Shown in pieces: positions 18,233 through 27,791 of a stretch of 32,000 bases of DNA. Location of the stretch: NCBI RefSeq assembly GCF_000354175.2, contig NC_022349.1, positions 1,980,001-2,012,000 on the forward strand, given 5' to 3'. The first letter of the stretch is position 1. Each line of letters begins with the position of its first letter. Below the pieces are notes generated by a model. It ran no database searches, was not told where the DNA came from, and saw only the letters and a list, made by a program, of their open reading frames with translations. Origin of the DNA: Vibrio alginolyticus NBRC 15630 = ATCC 17749 (GTDB lineage: Bacteria; Pseudomonadota; Gammaproteobacteria; Enterobacterales; Vibrionaceae). A program made the translations under genes and the position numbers.

Positions 18233-18261
18233 AAAGACCCGCCTATAAATGGCGGGTCTTT
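18233..18261 (-). terminator. intrinsic terminator after argG
   Basis: AAAGACCCGCC (18233-18243), loop TATAAAT, then GGCGGGTCTTT (18251-18261). On the minus strand the GC-rich core is followed by TTTGGTTTCT. It begins 28 nt after the argG stop. Confidence 0.7.
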
Positions 18262-18288
18262 ATTCAATCCAAGATGGATGTTAAGGGA

Positions 18289-19503
18289 TTATTTCTTCTG
18301 GCTGTTCAATGCACGAATACGGCTTGATAGCGAGTAAAGACGGATGAAACCACCTGCATGGCTTTGGTCGTATACTTCATCTTCACCAAAAGTCGCGAAC
18401 TCTTCTGAATACAAGCTGTTGTCAGAACGTTTTTGCGTCACTGTCGCTTGACCTTTGTAGAGCTTAACAACCACTTCGCCATTCACGTCTTGCGCTAACT
18501 CTTCTGAAGCAGCAAGGATCGATTTACATAGTGGGGTAAACCAACGGCCATCGTATACAAGGTGAGACGCTTTTAGACCTAGCTCCTCACGGAATTCGAA
18601 TGATGATTTGTCTAGCACAAGCTGCTCTACAGCACGCAGCGCTTCCATCATGATGGTGCCTCCCGGTGTTTCATAACAACCACGAGACTTCATCCCAACA
18701 AGACGGTTTTCCACGATATCGATACGGCCAACACCGTGCTTAGCGCCCTTCTCGTTTAGGTAAACCAGTGCGTTGTATGGTGTCATCGCTTCACCATCAA
18801 CTTCGACCACTTCACCTTTTTCTACTTTCAGCGTGACGTATTCCGCTTCATTTGGCGCTTGCTCTGGGTCGACAGTCCACACCCAGCAGTCTTCGTTTGG
18901 TGCGTTCCACGTATCTTCTAAAACGCCGCCTTCCGTCGAAATGTGCCATGCGTTTGCATCACGTGAATAGATCTTAGTAAGAGACGCAGAACAAGGAATA
19001 TTACGCTCAGCGAGGTAATCCAAACACTCTTCACGGCTCACTAGGTCCCACTCACGCCAAGGTGCAATCACTTGTAAGTCCGGTGCTAGTGCTGCAAATG
19101 CACCTTCGAAACGCACTTGGTCGTTACCTTTACCTGTACAGCCATGACACAGTGCGTCCGCGCCCACTTTACGTGCCACTTCAACCTGCGCTTTAGCAAT
19201 GATTGGACGCGCCATTGATGTACCTAGCAGGTACTTACCTTCGTAGTACGCGCCGGTTTTTAGTGTCGGGTAAATGTAGTCTGCGACCATTTCTTCTTTC
19301 AGGTCAGCGATGTAGCATTCAGAAGCACCAGAGGCTTTTGCTTTCGCTTCAATGCCTTCTAGCTCTTCGGCACCTTGACCAACATCGGCAACGAAAGCCA
19401 CTACTTCACAGTCGTAGTTCTCTTTTAGCCACGGGATGATTACTGAAGTATCTAGACCGCCTGAGTATGCGACTACCACTTTATTTACGTTCACTTTGCT
19501 CAT
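18289..19503 (-). CDS. argG: argininosuccinate synthase
   Basis: 404-aa ORF with the N-terminal [12 protein letters not shown]-pyrophosphatase motif. It is collinear with the short form of ArgG and sits in an arg cluster. Confidence 0.96.
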   Translation of the reverse strand: MSKVNVNKVVVAYSGGLDTSVIIPWLKENYDCEVVAFVADVGQGAEELEGIEAKAKASGASECYIADLKEEMVADYIYPTLKTGAYYEGKYLLGTSMARPIIAKAQVEVARKVGADALCHGCTGKGNDQVRFEGAFAALAPDLQVIAPWREWDLVSREECLDYLAERNIPCSASLTKIYSRDANAWHISTEGGVLEDTWNAPNEDCWVWTVDPEQAPNEAEYVTLKVEKGEVVEVDGEAMTPYNALVYLNEKGAKHGVGRIDIVENRLVGMKSRGCYETPGGTIMMEALRAVEQLVLDKSSFEFREELGLKASHLVYDGRWFTPLCKSILAASEELAQDVNGEVVVKLYKGQATVTQKRSDNSLYSEEFATFGEDEVYDQSHAGGFIRLYSLSSRIRALNSQKK

Positions 19504-19587
19504 GTTTTTTCTCCAAACTTAACTGGCGCTGCGCTCGGCGGTCAGTGCCAACTACGACTTCCTAATATTGAATTCTTTTGCTGATGC

Positions 19588-20379
19588 TTATTGAGGCAAG
19601 AATTGAGTACCAATACTTTCACCAGCGAATAACTGTGCTAATTTTTCTGGGTAACGCCAGGTCGCGACTTCAATTGGACGGCCAAGATCATTGGCGGCCT
19701 CCAAAGCAGCTTTAACTTTGACGATCATGCCATCGGTGATCACATGTCCATCGATCAACGAGTTAGCTTGCTGCTCTGACAGGGTTTTGATCAAATGGCC
19801 TTTTCCATCTAATACACCACTCACGTCTGATAACAGGACTAACTCCGCATCTAATGCGCCCGCAACCGCGACTGCTGCTTGATCAGCATTCACATTCATC
19901 ATCTGGCCATCTTTGGTTAAACCAATTGAACTGATGATCGGCAGTGCACCTGTGTTTAGCACCGCTTGTAATAGTGCTGAGTCACCCGGTGATGCTTTGC
20001 CTACAGCGCCGAGTTCTGGGTCAAGTTCTTCAACAAGACACAAACCACCATCCGCAAGGCTAAGGCCCACAGCGTTAAGACCGTCCGCAATCGCTTGACC
20101 TTGAAGTAACTTATTCGCAGTGCCTGCAAGCGCGCCTGCAATCACAGGAATTTGATCGTAAGGCGTTACGCGTAAACCGTTTTTCTTAACGGTTTCAAGC
20201 TGAAGCTTTGCCATCAACTCATCAACTAGGTAGCCACCGCCATGAACGATGGCGATTTGTCGCTGTGCCGATTTTTGGTAAGCCGCAATGGCACCAAAAA
20301 GTTGGCTTAAGGTTTGAGTGCATGATAGAGCTGCACCACCTAGCTTAATGACTAAAGGAGCTTGATTGGTTTGCGTCAT
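19588..20379 (-). CDS. argB: acetylglutamate kinase
   Basis: The ORF-track start at 20397 is a TTG lying 3 nt after the argC stop. I chose the ATG at 20377-20379, which is preceded by GAGGGA with 6-nt spacing. This gives 263 aa beginning [16 protein letters not shown], with HGGG and GLRVT motifs collinear with E. coli ArgB. Confidence 0.93.
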   Translation of the reverse strand: MTQTNQAPLVIKLGGAALSCTQTLSQLFGAIAAYQKSAQRQIAIVHGGGYLVDELMAKLQLETVKKNGLRVTPYDQIPVIAGALAGTANKLLQGQAIADGLNAVGLSLADGGLCLVEELDPELGAVGKASPGDSALLQAVLNTGALPIISSIGLTKDGQMMNVNADQAAVAVAGALDAELVLLSDVSGVLDGKGHLIKTLSEQQANSLIDGHVITDGMIVKVKAALEAANDLGRPIEVATWRYPEKLAQLFAGESIGTQFLPQ

Positions 20380-20400
20380 CGCATTTCCCTCTTTCAACGA

Positions 20401-21405
20401 CTACAGCAACGCTGTCAGTTCTGGGTAACCGTAATGAATATTGAGACATTGCATCGCTTGACTCGATGCACCTTTAAGTAGGTTGTCGATAGCTGAAATC
20501 ACAATGATGTGTTCGCCTTGTACCTTCCAGCCGATATCACAGAAAGGGGTATTTTCGACATCCTGAATACGTGGAATACCGTCGCCTTTAAGACGCACCG
20601 CAGGCTTGCCTTGATAAGCTTGTTCAAACGCCTGTGCCACTTGTGCTTCTGTCACACCTTGCGCAAGCTTCATGGTGATAGTGGCAAGAATGCCGCGTTT
20701 AAAGTTGCCGAGGTGCGGAGTAAAAATCACATCGCAACCCAAGTGCTGAGCAATCTCTGGCTGGTGACGATGGTTAAATACACCATAAGGTTGCAAGCTC
20801 ACTTCACAGAAGCTGTTAACCATGGAGGCTTTACGCCCTGCACCTGATACACCACTGGTTGCGTTGATCACTGGCCATTGGTTGGTATCGAGCAACGCAT
20901 GTTCTAATAAAGGTTTGATTGCAAGCTGTGAAGCGGTTGGGTAGCAACCTGCTACTGCAATCAAAGGAGTGGTTTTTATTGATTCTTGGTTCCACTCTGC
21001 TAAGCCGTACGCTGCTTTATCTAGCCAGTTGTTATGTTGATGTGCGAAGCCATAAAAAGTGTCGTAAAAGCCTTCACTTTTCACACGGAATGCACCCGAT
21101 AAATCGAATACCTGACAGCCTGCCTCCAAGAAAGTTGGGGCTAAATCATGGCTGACTTCGTGAGCCGTTGCCAAAAACACCACGTCCGATTCTTGAGCGA
21201 TTTGCAGTGGATCCGTTAGTGGTAAAACTGGCATATCAATGATGCCCGCTAGCTTACCGTGCAGCTGCGCGATGCTCTTTCCCGCATCAACACTGTTGGC
21301 GGAAACGTATAAACCTGATAGCGTGAGTTGTGGGTGTTTATTAACCATTAACGCTAACTCTGCGCCGGTGTAACCGCTGGCTCCAATAATCGTGGTTTTT
21401 AGCAT
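20401..21405 (-). CDS. argC: N-acetyl-gamma-glutamyl-phosphate reductase
   Basis: 334-aa ORF with the N-terminal [14 protein letters not shown]-binding motif and the active-site Cys in VAGCYPTAS. Confidence 0.95.
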   Translation of the reverse strand: MLKTTIIGASGYTGAELALMVNKHPQLTLSGLYVSANSVDAGKSIAQLHGKLAGIIDMPVLPLTDPLQIAQESDVVFLATAHEVSHDLAPTFLEAGCQVFDLSGAFRVKSEGFYDTFYGFAHQHNNWLDKAAYGLAEWNQESIKTTPLIAVAGCYPTASQLAIKPLLEHALLDTNQWPVINATSGVSGAGRKASMVNSFCEVSLQPYGVFNHRHQPEIAQHLGCDVIFTPHLGNFKRGILATITMKLAQGVTEAQVAQAFEQAYQGKPAVRLKGDGIPRIQDVENTPFCDIGWKVQGEHIIVISAIDNLLKGASSQAMQCLNIHYGYPELTALL

Positions 21406-21465
21406 TGTGTGACATCCATATACTTAAAGGCTCAAATGACTATTCATATTTAATTTCTCCTTTAT

Positions 21466-21504
21466 TTTGATTTTTTATTCATTAAATATGATTTAATATG
21501 TGTT
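21466..21504. promoter_or_regulatory. tandem ARG boxes in the argC / argE divergent control region
   Basis: ttTGATTttttATTCAtt (21466-21483) has 1 mismatch to the ARG box core. It is followed by aaa, then taTGATTtaatATGTGtt (21487-21504), which has a good left half and a weak right half. A third, weaker box-like 18-mer lies at 21431-21448 and reads taTGAATagtcATTTGag on the minus strand. Confidence 0.5.
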
Positions 21505-21549
21505 TTACATTTTTGTGGTCTGTCTGTCAACAGGAGATTTGAAGAATCC

Positions 21550-22686
21550 ATGCAATTACCAACTTTTCTAGAGGTCTATGAAGGACTCATCAGCACCTCT
21601 TCTATCAGCTCCACGGATCCGAGCTGGGATCAGGGCAATGCAAAAGTCATCGAAAAACTCGCATCTTGGTTTAAAGATCTGGGTTTTAGCGTTGAAGTGA
21701 TCGAAGTCGAGCCAGGCAAGCACAATATGATCGCACGTATGGGTGAGGGTGAAGGTGGCCTTTTACTTGCTGGCCATAGTGATACCGTGCCATTCGATCA
21801 AGGGCGATGGAATTTTGATCCGCATAAACTGACGGAAAAAGGCAACCGCTTCTACGGTTTAGGCACAGCAGACATGAAAGGCTTTTTCGCCTTTATTTAT
21901 GAAGCAGTGAAGAAAGTCGATTGGAGCAAGCAGAGCAAACCACTTTACGTATTAGCCACTTGTGACGAAGAGACCACCATGTTGGGCGCGCGACATTTCA
22001 CAGCAAACGCCCCATTTAAGCCGGATTACTGCATCATTGGTGAACCCACCAGCCTTGTACCAATTCGAGGTCATAAAGGGCATGTGGCAAATGCCATTCG
22101 CGTAACAGGCAAGTCCGGTCACTCATCGGACCCAGCGCTTGGCGTTAACGCTATTGAGATCATGCATGAAGTCATGTTCGCCATGATGCAACTGCGTGAC
22201 AAATTGATTAAAGAATATCACCATCCGGGTTTTGCCATTCCAAGCCCAACCCTAAATCTTGGACACATTCACGGTGGTGACAGCGCTAACCGTATTTGTG
22301 GTTGCTGCGAACTGCATTACGACGTGCGTCCTCTTCCCGGCATTAGCCTTGATGGTTTAGAGAACATGTTGCGCGGAGCATTAAAAGAAGTCGAAGCGAA
22401 ATGGCCTGGGAGACTGGAGATTATTCCATTGCATGAGCCTATTCCGGGTTACGAATGCCAACATGACCACCCATTTATTGGTGGTGTTGAAGAGATCTGT
22501 CAAACCAGTTCAGAAACCGTGAACTACTGTACTGAAGCACCATTTCTACAACAGTTGTGTCCAACCTTGGTGCTCGGCCCTGGGTCAATCGACCAAGCCC
22601 ATCAACCGGATGAGTTTCTATCCTTCGACTTTATCGACCCCACAATTGATGTGCTTTCAAAGGCGATGGTCAAGTACTGCTGTTAA
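21550..22686 (+). CDS. argE: acetylornithine deacetylase (M20 peptidase family)
   Basis: 378-aa ORF with M20 metal-binding motifs ([22 protein letters not shown]). It is divergent from argCB, as in E. coli argECBH. Confidence 0.93.
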   Translation: MQLPTFLEVYEGLISTSSISSTDPSWDQGNAKVIEKLASWFKDLGFSVEVIEVEPGKHNMIARMGEGEGGLLLAGHSDTVPFDQGRWNFDPHKLTEKGNRFYGLGTADMKGFFAFIYEAVKKVDWSKQSKPLYVLATCDEETTMLGARHFTANAPFKPDYCIIGEPTSLVPIRGHKGHVANAIRVTGKSGHSSDPALGVNAIEIMHEVMFAMMQLRDKLIKEYHHPGFAIPSPTLNLGHIHGGDSANRICGCCELHYDVRPLPGISLDGLENMLRGALKEVEAKWPGRLEIIPLHEPIPGYECQHDHPFIGGVEEICQTSSETVNYCTEAPFLQQLCPTLVLGPGSIDQAHQPDEFLSFDFIDPTIDVLSKAMVKYCC

Positions 22687-22710
22687 TACGCGTTTAAGCT
22701 CGAAAGTCTG

Positions 22711-22738
22711 TGCAGCTCGATTGAGCTGCATCTTTTTA
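22711..22738 (+). terminator. intrinsic terminator after argE
   Basis: TGCAGCTC (22711-22718), loop GATT, GAGCTGCA (22723-22730), then TCTTTTTA. Confidence 0.8.
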
Positions 22739-22877
22739 TCTTCACAATTCAGCGCTAGTCTTAACACTTATTTAACTTGTTATTTTGTAATTAATTTTCA
22801 CTTCTTACTCTATGGCTGCCGTAAATTTGCTCTAAATCAGGAGACAGCGGAATAATTGCAAACTTAGTCTGCTTTAT

Positions 22878-22907
22878 TTGACTATAACTGGTGCTTTTCG
22901 CTAGATT
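22878..22907 (+). promoter_or_regulatory. candidate sigma70 promoter for ppc
   Basis: TTGACT (22878-22883), an 18-nt spacer, then TAGATT (22902-22907), about 50 nt upstream of the ppc ATG. This is a motif match only. Confidence 0.3.
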
Positions 22908-22958
22908 GGAGTCTTAACAAGGACAATGGATGTAGTTTTTTTACGAGGCAGGACGACA

Positions 22959-25592
22959 ATGAACGAGAAATACGCCGCACTCAAAAGTAATGTGCGCATG
23001 TTAGGCCACTTATTGGGTAACACCATTCGCGATGCCCATGGCGAAGAAATCTTCGAGAAAGTGGAAACCATTCGTAAATTATCCAAATCAGCTCAAGCAG
23101 GGAATCAAGCAGACAGGGACAGCTTGATCGAAGAAATCAAACATCTACCTGATGAGCAGCTAACGCCCGTTACTCGCGCGTTTAACCAATTTCTAAACCT
23201 CACCAATATCGCTGAGCAATACCACACGATTTCACGCCATTGTGAAGAGCACATTTGCGAACCAGACGCGATTAACTCGCTGTTTTCTAAACTGGTACAA
23301 AACGATGTGAGCAAACTGGACACTGCCCAAGCGGTTCGTGATCTAAATATTGAATTGGTATTGACGGCTCACCCAACAGAAATTACGCGCCGCACGATGA
23401 TCAACAAACTGGTCAAGATAAACGAGTGCTTATCAAAGTTGGAGCTAAGCGATCTTTCTTCTAAAGAGCGCAGAAAAACCGAACGCCGCCTAGAGCAACT
23501 GATTGCCCAAGGCTGGCATTCAGACGTGATTCGACAACAACGCCCAACTCCGTTGGATGAAGCAAAGTGGGGCTTTGCGGTCGTTGAAAACTCGCTATGG
23601 GAAGCAGTACCGGACTTCCTACGTGAGATGAATGACCGTCTAAAATCTTACCTTGGAGAAGGTTTACCCATTGATGCTCGCCCAGTGCACTTCTCCTCTT
23701 GGATGGGCGGTGACCGTGACGGTAACCCGTTTGTTACTCACAACGTTACGCGTGAAGTCTTACTATTGTCTCGTTGGAAAGCCGCCGATCTTTATCTCAA
23801 TGACATCAACGAGTTGATCAGCGAGCTGTCTATGACAGTTTCAAACGATCAAGTCCGTGAACTTGCTGGCGAAGATCAGCACGAACCATACCGTGCGATC
23901 CTGAAGCAATTACGCACTCTGCTCAATGAAACCAAAGATATTCTCGATGCTAAGATCCACGGTCAAAAACTGGCCGTTAAAGCCCCACTGCAAAAAGTCG
24001 AGCAACTTTGGGAACCGCTGTATGCCTGCTACCAGTCACTAAACGAATGTGGCATGGGTGTAATAGCCAACGGCTCACTACTGGATACACTACGCCGCGT
24101 AAAAGCATTTGGTATCCATCTTGTACGTCTTGATATCCGCCAAGAGAGCACGCGTCACTCAGACGTCTTGTCTGAACTAACTCGCTACTTAGGTATTGGT
24201 GATTACGAACAATGGAGTGAGCAAGATAAGATTGCTTTTCTAACTAACGAGCTGGCATCTAAACGTCCGCTTCTCCCTCGTGATTGGGAACCGTCTGAAC
24301 CCGTCAAAGAGGTTTTGGATACCTGTAAGATTGTTGCAGCACAACCGCGTGAAGCGTTTGGCGCTTACGTTATTTCAATGGCACGTACCGCTTCTGATGT
24401 ACTAGCCGTTCATCTACTGCTACAAGAAGCAGGTTGCCCTTACCGCATGGATGTGTGTCCTCTGTTCGAAACGCTAGACGATTTGAACAACGCAGAATCG
24501 GTCATCAAGCAGCTTATGGGGATTGACCTTTACCGTGGTTTTATCCAAAACCACCAGATGGTCATGATTGGTTACTCTGACTCAGCGAAAGATGCAGGTG
24601 TTATGTCTGCTGGTTGGGCTCAGTATCATGCGATGGAATCGTTAGTTAAAGTGGCTGAAGAAGAAGGCGTTGAGCTAACTCTATTCCATGGTCGTGGGGG
24701 CACAGTCGGTCGCGGTGGCGCACCTGCGCATGCTGCGCTTTTGTCGCAACCACCAAAAAGCTTGAAAGGCGGTTTACGTGTAACAGAGCAAGGCGAAATG
24801 ATCCGCTTTAAACTGGGACTCCCAGATGTCGCAGTAAACAGCTTTAACCTATATGCAAGTGCGATTCTGGAAGCCAACTTGTTACCGCCACCGGAGCCAA
24901 AACAAGAATGGCGCGACTTGATGGAAGTGCTATCAGAAGTAAGCTGTGAGTCTTACCGAAATGTGGTTCGTGGCGAGCCAGATTTCGTGCCTTACTTCCG
25001 CCAAGCAACACCAGAACTCGAACTCGGCAAGTTGCCACTTGGTTCTCGTCCTGCAAAACGCAACCCTAAGGGCGGAGTAGAAAGCTTACGTGCAATCCCG
25101 TGGATCTTCTCATGGAGTCAAAACCGTTTGGTACTTCCTGCATGGCTAGGCGCAGGTGAAGCGATTCAATACTCGATCGATAAAGGCCACCAAGCATTGC
25201 TCGAAGAGATGTGCCGCGAATGGCCATTTTTCTCAACTCGTCTCGGCATGCTGGAAATGGTGTACTCGAAGTGTAATATTGATATCTCTCGCTACTACGA
25301 TGAGCGATTGGTGGATGAGTCGCTCCGTCCACTCGGTGAAAAGCTTCGTGCTCAGCTTCAAGAAGACATCAAAGCGGTACTGAATGTAGAGAACAATGAA
25401 AACTTGATGCAGCATGACCCTTGGGGACTCGAGTCTATTCGCTTACGCAATATCTACGTTGAGCCATTGAATATGCTACAAGCAGAGCTGCTATACCGCA
25501 CGCGTCAAACCGAAGAAGCTTCTGCAAACTTGGAAGAAGCGTTGATGGTGACGATTGCTGGTATTGCTGCTGGTATGCGCAACACAGGCTAA
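22959..25592 (+). CDS. ppc: phosphoenolpyruvate carboxylase
   Basis: The start was moved from 22926 to the ATG at 22959. This gives [20 protein letters not shown], collinear with E. coli Ppc (MNEQYSALRSNVSMLG), with AGGA 5 nt upstream. The product is 877 aa. Motifs are [16 protein letters not shown] and [12 protein letters not shown], and the C-terminus is IAAGMRNTG. Confidence 0.96.
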   Translation: MNEKYAALKSNVRMLGHLLGNTIRDAHGEEIFEKVETIRKLSKSAQAGNQADRDSLIEEIKHLPDEQLTPVTRAFNQFLNLTNIAEQYHTISRHCEEHICEPDAINSLFSKLVQNDVSKLDTAQAVRDLNIELVLTAHPTEITRRTMINKLVKINECLSKLELSDLSSKERRKTERRLEQLIAQGWHSDVIRQQRPTPLDEAKWGFAVVENSLWEAVPDFLREMNDRLKSYLGEGLPIDARPVHFSSWMGGDRDGNPFVTHNVTREVLLLSRWKAADLYLNDINELISELSMTVSNDQVRELAGEDQHEPYRAILKQLRTLLNETKDILDAKIHGQKLAVKAPLQKVEQLWEPLYACYQSLNECGMGVIANGSLLDTLRRVKAFGIHLVRLDIRQESTRHSDVLSELTRYLGIGDYEQWSEQDKIAFLTNELASKRPLLPRDWEPSEPVKEVLDTCKIVAAQPREAFGAYVISMARTASDVLAVHLLLQEAGCPYRMDVCPLFETLDDLNNAESVIKQLMGIDLYRGFIQNHQMVMIGYSDSAKDAGVMSAGWAQYHAMESLVKVAEEEGVELTLFHGRGGTVGRGGAPAHAALLSQPPKSLKGGLRVTEQGEMIRFKLGLPDVAVNSFNLYASAILEANLLPPPEPKQEWRDLMEVLSEVSCESYRNVVRGEPDFVPYFRQATPELELGKLPLGSRPAKRNPKGGVESLRAIPWIFSWSQNRLVLPAWLGAGEAIQYSIDKGHQALLEEMCREWPFFSTRLGMLEMVYSKCNIDISRYYDERLVDESLRPLGEKLRAQLQEDIKAVLNVENNENLMQHDPWGLESIRLRNIYVEPLNMLQAELLYRTRQTEEASANLEEALMVTIAGIAAGMRNTG

Positions 25593-25612
25593 TCGTTTCA
25601 TTTTTAATAAAA

Positions 25613-25639
25613 AGCTGGGCAAATGCTCAGCTTTTTTTT
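25613..25639 (+). terminator. intrinsic terminator after ppc
   Basis: AGCTGGGC (25613-25620), loop AAAT, GCTCAGCT (25625-25632). This is an 8-bp stem including one G-T wobble pair, followed by a T-run through 25639. Confidence 0.8.
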
Positions 25640-25736
25640 ATCACAGGATAATCGCACCAAAACAAAAGCAGTCAAATAAACCATAATAGACCCAAAAAAT
25701 ACCAAAATAAAAGAACAAAAAACCACAAGTTAACAC

Positions 25737-25756
25737 TATTGATTATTATGTTAGTT
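25737..25756 (+). promoter_or_regulatory. candidate LuxR/HapR/OpaR-type (TetR-family quorum-sensing regulator) site upstream of aphA
   Basis: TATTGATTATTATGTTAGTT. The left half TATTGAT matches the TATTGATAAA-TTTATCAATA consensus as I recall it. The right half is poor. The site lies 262-281 nt upstream of the aphA ATG. Confidence 0.3.
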
Positions 25757-26017
25757 TTTTAGGGTAATTTTGTCCTACTATTCCACTTCATGCTTATTAT
25801 TTATATACTACTTGCCTGCTGAGAGCTCATAAATCCAATCATACCTGCTCCAGCCTTGATGGGACTCCCCATCTCTCTAGGTGATAAACGGCTTTAAGGT
25901 GACAGGACCAACATTGTTGGTGCTACTTATACATTAAAAAACTCAAGTGCCAGTAAGAGCGCAGCTGAAAGTATAAGTAGCTTGTTTACAAGTTTATTGA
26001 CCATTTGGATTGAAGAC

Positions 26018-26557
26018 ATGTCATTACCACACGTAATCTTAACTGTTCTTAGCACTCGCGACGCAACCGGTTACGATATCACTAAAGAATTCTCTGCTAG
26101 CATCGGTTACTTCTGGAAAGCAAGCCACCAACAGGTGTACCGTGAACTCAACAAAATGGCTGAGAAAGAACTGGTTACTTGCGTATTAGAACCCCAAGAA
26201 GGCAAACCAGACCGCAAGGTTTACTCCATTACAGACGCTGGTCGCAGCGCTTTAGGAGAGTGGTTTGATCAACCAACTGCACACCCAACAGTTCGTGATG
26301 AGTTTTCAGCGAAATTGATGGCATGTGCCGTTCAACCTGCGGCTCCATTCCGTGACCAACTCGCCGAGCTAGTTGAAGAGTCTCGCAAACTGGTTTCTCA
26401 CTACAAAGAAATTGAAGCGGCTTACTACGCAACGCCGTCAACTTTAGATAAACAAGCTCGCCTAGAACGTCTAACGCTTCGCCGTAACCTTCTGTTACGT
26501 GAAACTTGGATCACTTGGGCAGAAGAAGTTCTAACTGAACTTGAAGTGATTGGTTAA
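26018..26557 (+). CDS. aphA: PadR-family low-cell-density quorum-sensing master regulator AphA
   Basis: The ORF-track start at 25982 is a TTG. I chose the ATG at 26018-26020, which gives a 179-aa protein. MSLPHVILTVLSTRDATGYDITKEFSASIGYFWKASHQQVYRELNKM... matches Vibrio AphA as I recall it. Synteny next to ppc is as in V. cholerae (VC2646/VC2647). Confidence 0.9.
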   Translation: MSLPHVILTVLSTRDATGYDITKEFSASIGYFWKASHQQVYRELNKMAEKELVTCVLEPQEGKPDRKVYSITDAGRSALGEWFDQPTAHPTVRDEFSAKLMACAVQPAAPFRDQLAELVEESRKLVSHYKEIEAAYYATPSTLDKQARLERLTLRRNLLLRETWITWAEEVLTELEVIG

Positions 26558-26581
26558 ACTCCTTTTGCTTTGATAAAACGA

Positions 26582-26609
26582 AAAAGGCTTGCCACTTGGC
26601 AAGCCTTTT
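26582..26609. terminator. bidirectional terminator between convergent aphA and metF
   Basis: AAAAGGCTTGCCA (26582-26594) and TGGCAAGCCTTTT (26597-26609) form a near-perfect palindrome. A/T runs on both sides give U-tracts in both directions. Confidence 0.85.
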
Positions 26610-26627
26610 ATCTTTTTGAAACCAGAT

Positions 26628-27569
<942 letters not shown>

Positions 27570-27576
27570 TTAAAAT

Positions 27577-27600
27577 CGACGTTTAGACGTCTATATGTCT
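27577..27600 (-). promoter_or_regulatory. MetJ operator (three tandem met boxes) upstream of metF
   Basis: CGACGTTT | AGACGTCT | ATATGTCT match the 8-bp met box AGACGTCT at 6/8, 8/8 and 6/8. The site lies 47-70 nt upstream of the metF ATG. A possible promoter is TTGACA (minus strand, 27626-27631) with TACATT (27605-27610), but the spacer is only 15 nt. Confidence 0.7.
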
Positions 27601-27747
27601 ACAGAATGTATTGAATACGATTTAATGTCAACCTTGTAATTATGAATTTTTCTCAAGTTAATAATGAAGATAGTTCAAGTTTCTACTTGAGCATCATCTC
27701 GCCATTTTGCACGGGTTATGACTTCAGTATGGCACTGATAGGGGAAT

Positions 27748-27776
27748 AAAAACCCTGGATTAATTCCAGGGTTTTT
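27748..27776 (-). terminator. intrinsic terminator after metL (palindromic, could act in both directions)
   Basis: AAAAACCCTGGA (27748-27759), loop TTAAT, then TCCAGGGTTTTT (27765-27776). It lies 16 nt downstream of the metL stop. Confidence 0.85.
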
Positions 27777-27791
27777 AGGTCAATCGCAACT

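Noticed and set aside
19567-19584. Single ARG-box-like 18-mer atTGAATtcttTTGCTga between argB and argG
   Set aside because: Only the left half matches and there is no partner box at the canonical 21-bp register. It sits 3 nt from the argB stop, so it is likely chance in AT-rich sequence.
22610-23086. ORFs 22610-22855 (plus strand) and 22901-23086 (minus strand), and the 11-codon N-terminal extension of ppc from 22926
   Set aside because: The first ORF reads out of frame from argE across its terminator. The second is antisense to the ppc start. The extension ([11 protein letters not shown]) is not present in Ppc homologues, and its ATG has AGGA only 2 nt upstream. The ATG at 22959 has proper RBS spacing.
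23105-25415. ORFs inside ppc: minus-strand (antisense) 23105-23323, 24626-24877, 24844-25056, 25066-25332 and 25233-25415, and plus-strand alternative-frame 25156-25383
   Set aside because: They are shadow frames, and the ppc frame is collinear with E. coli Ppc end to end.
25982-26017. 12-codon N-terminal extension of aphA from a TTG at 25982, and the antisense ORF at 26229-26441
   Set aside because: AphA homologues begin MSLPHVIL, and the extension starts at a TTG with no RBS. The antisense ORF is a shadow frame.
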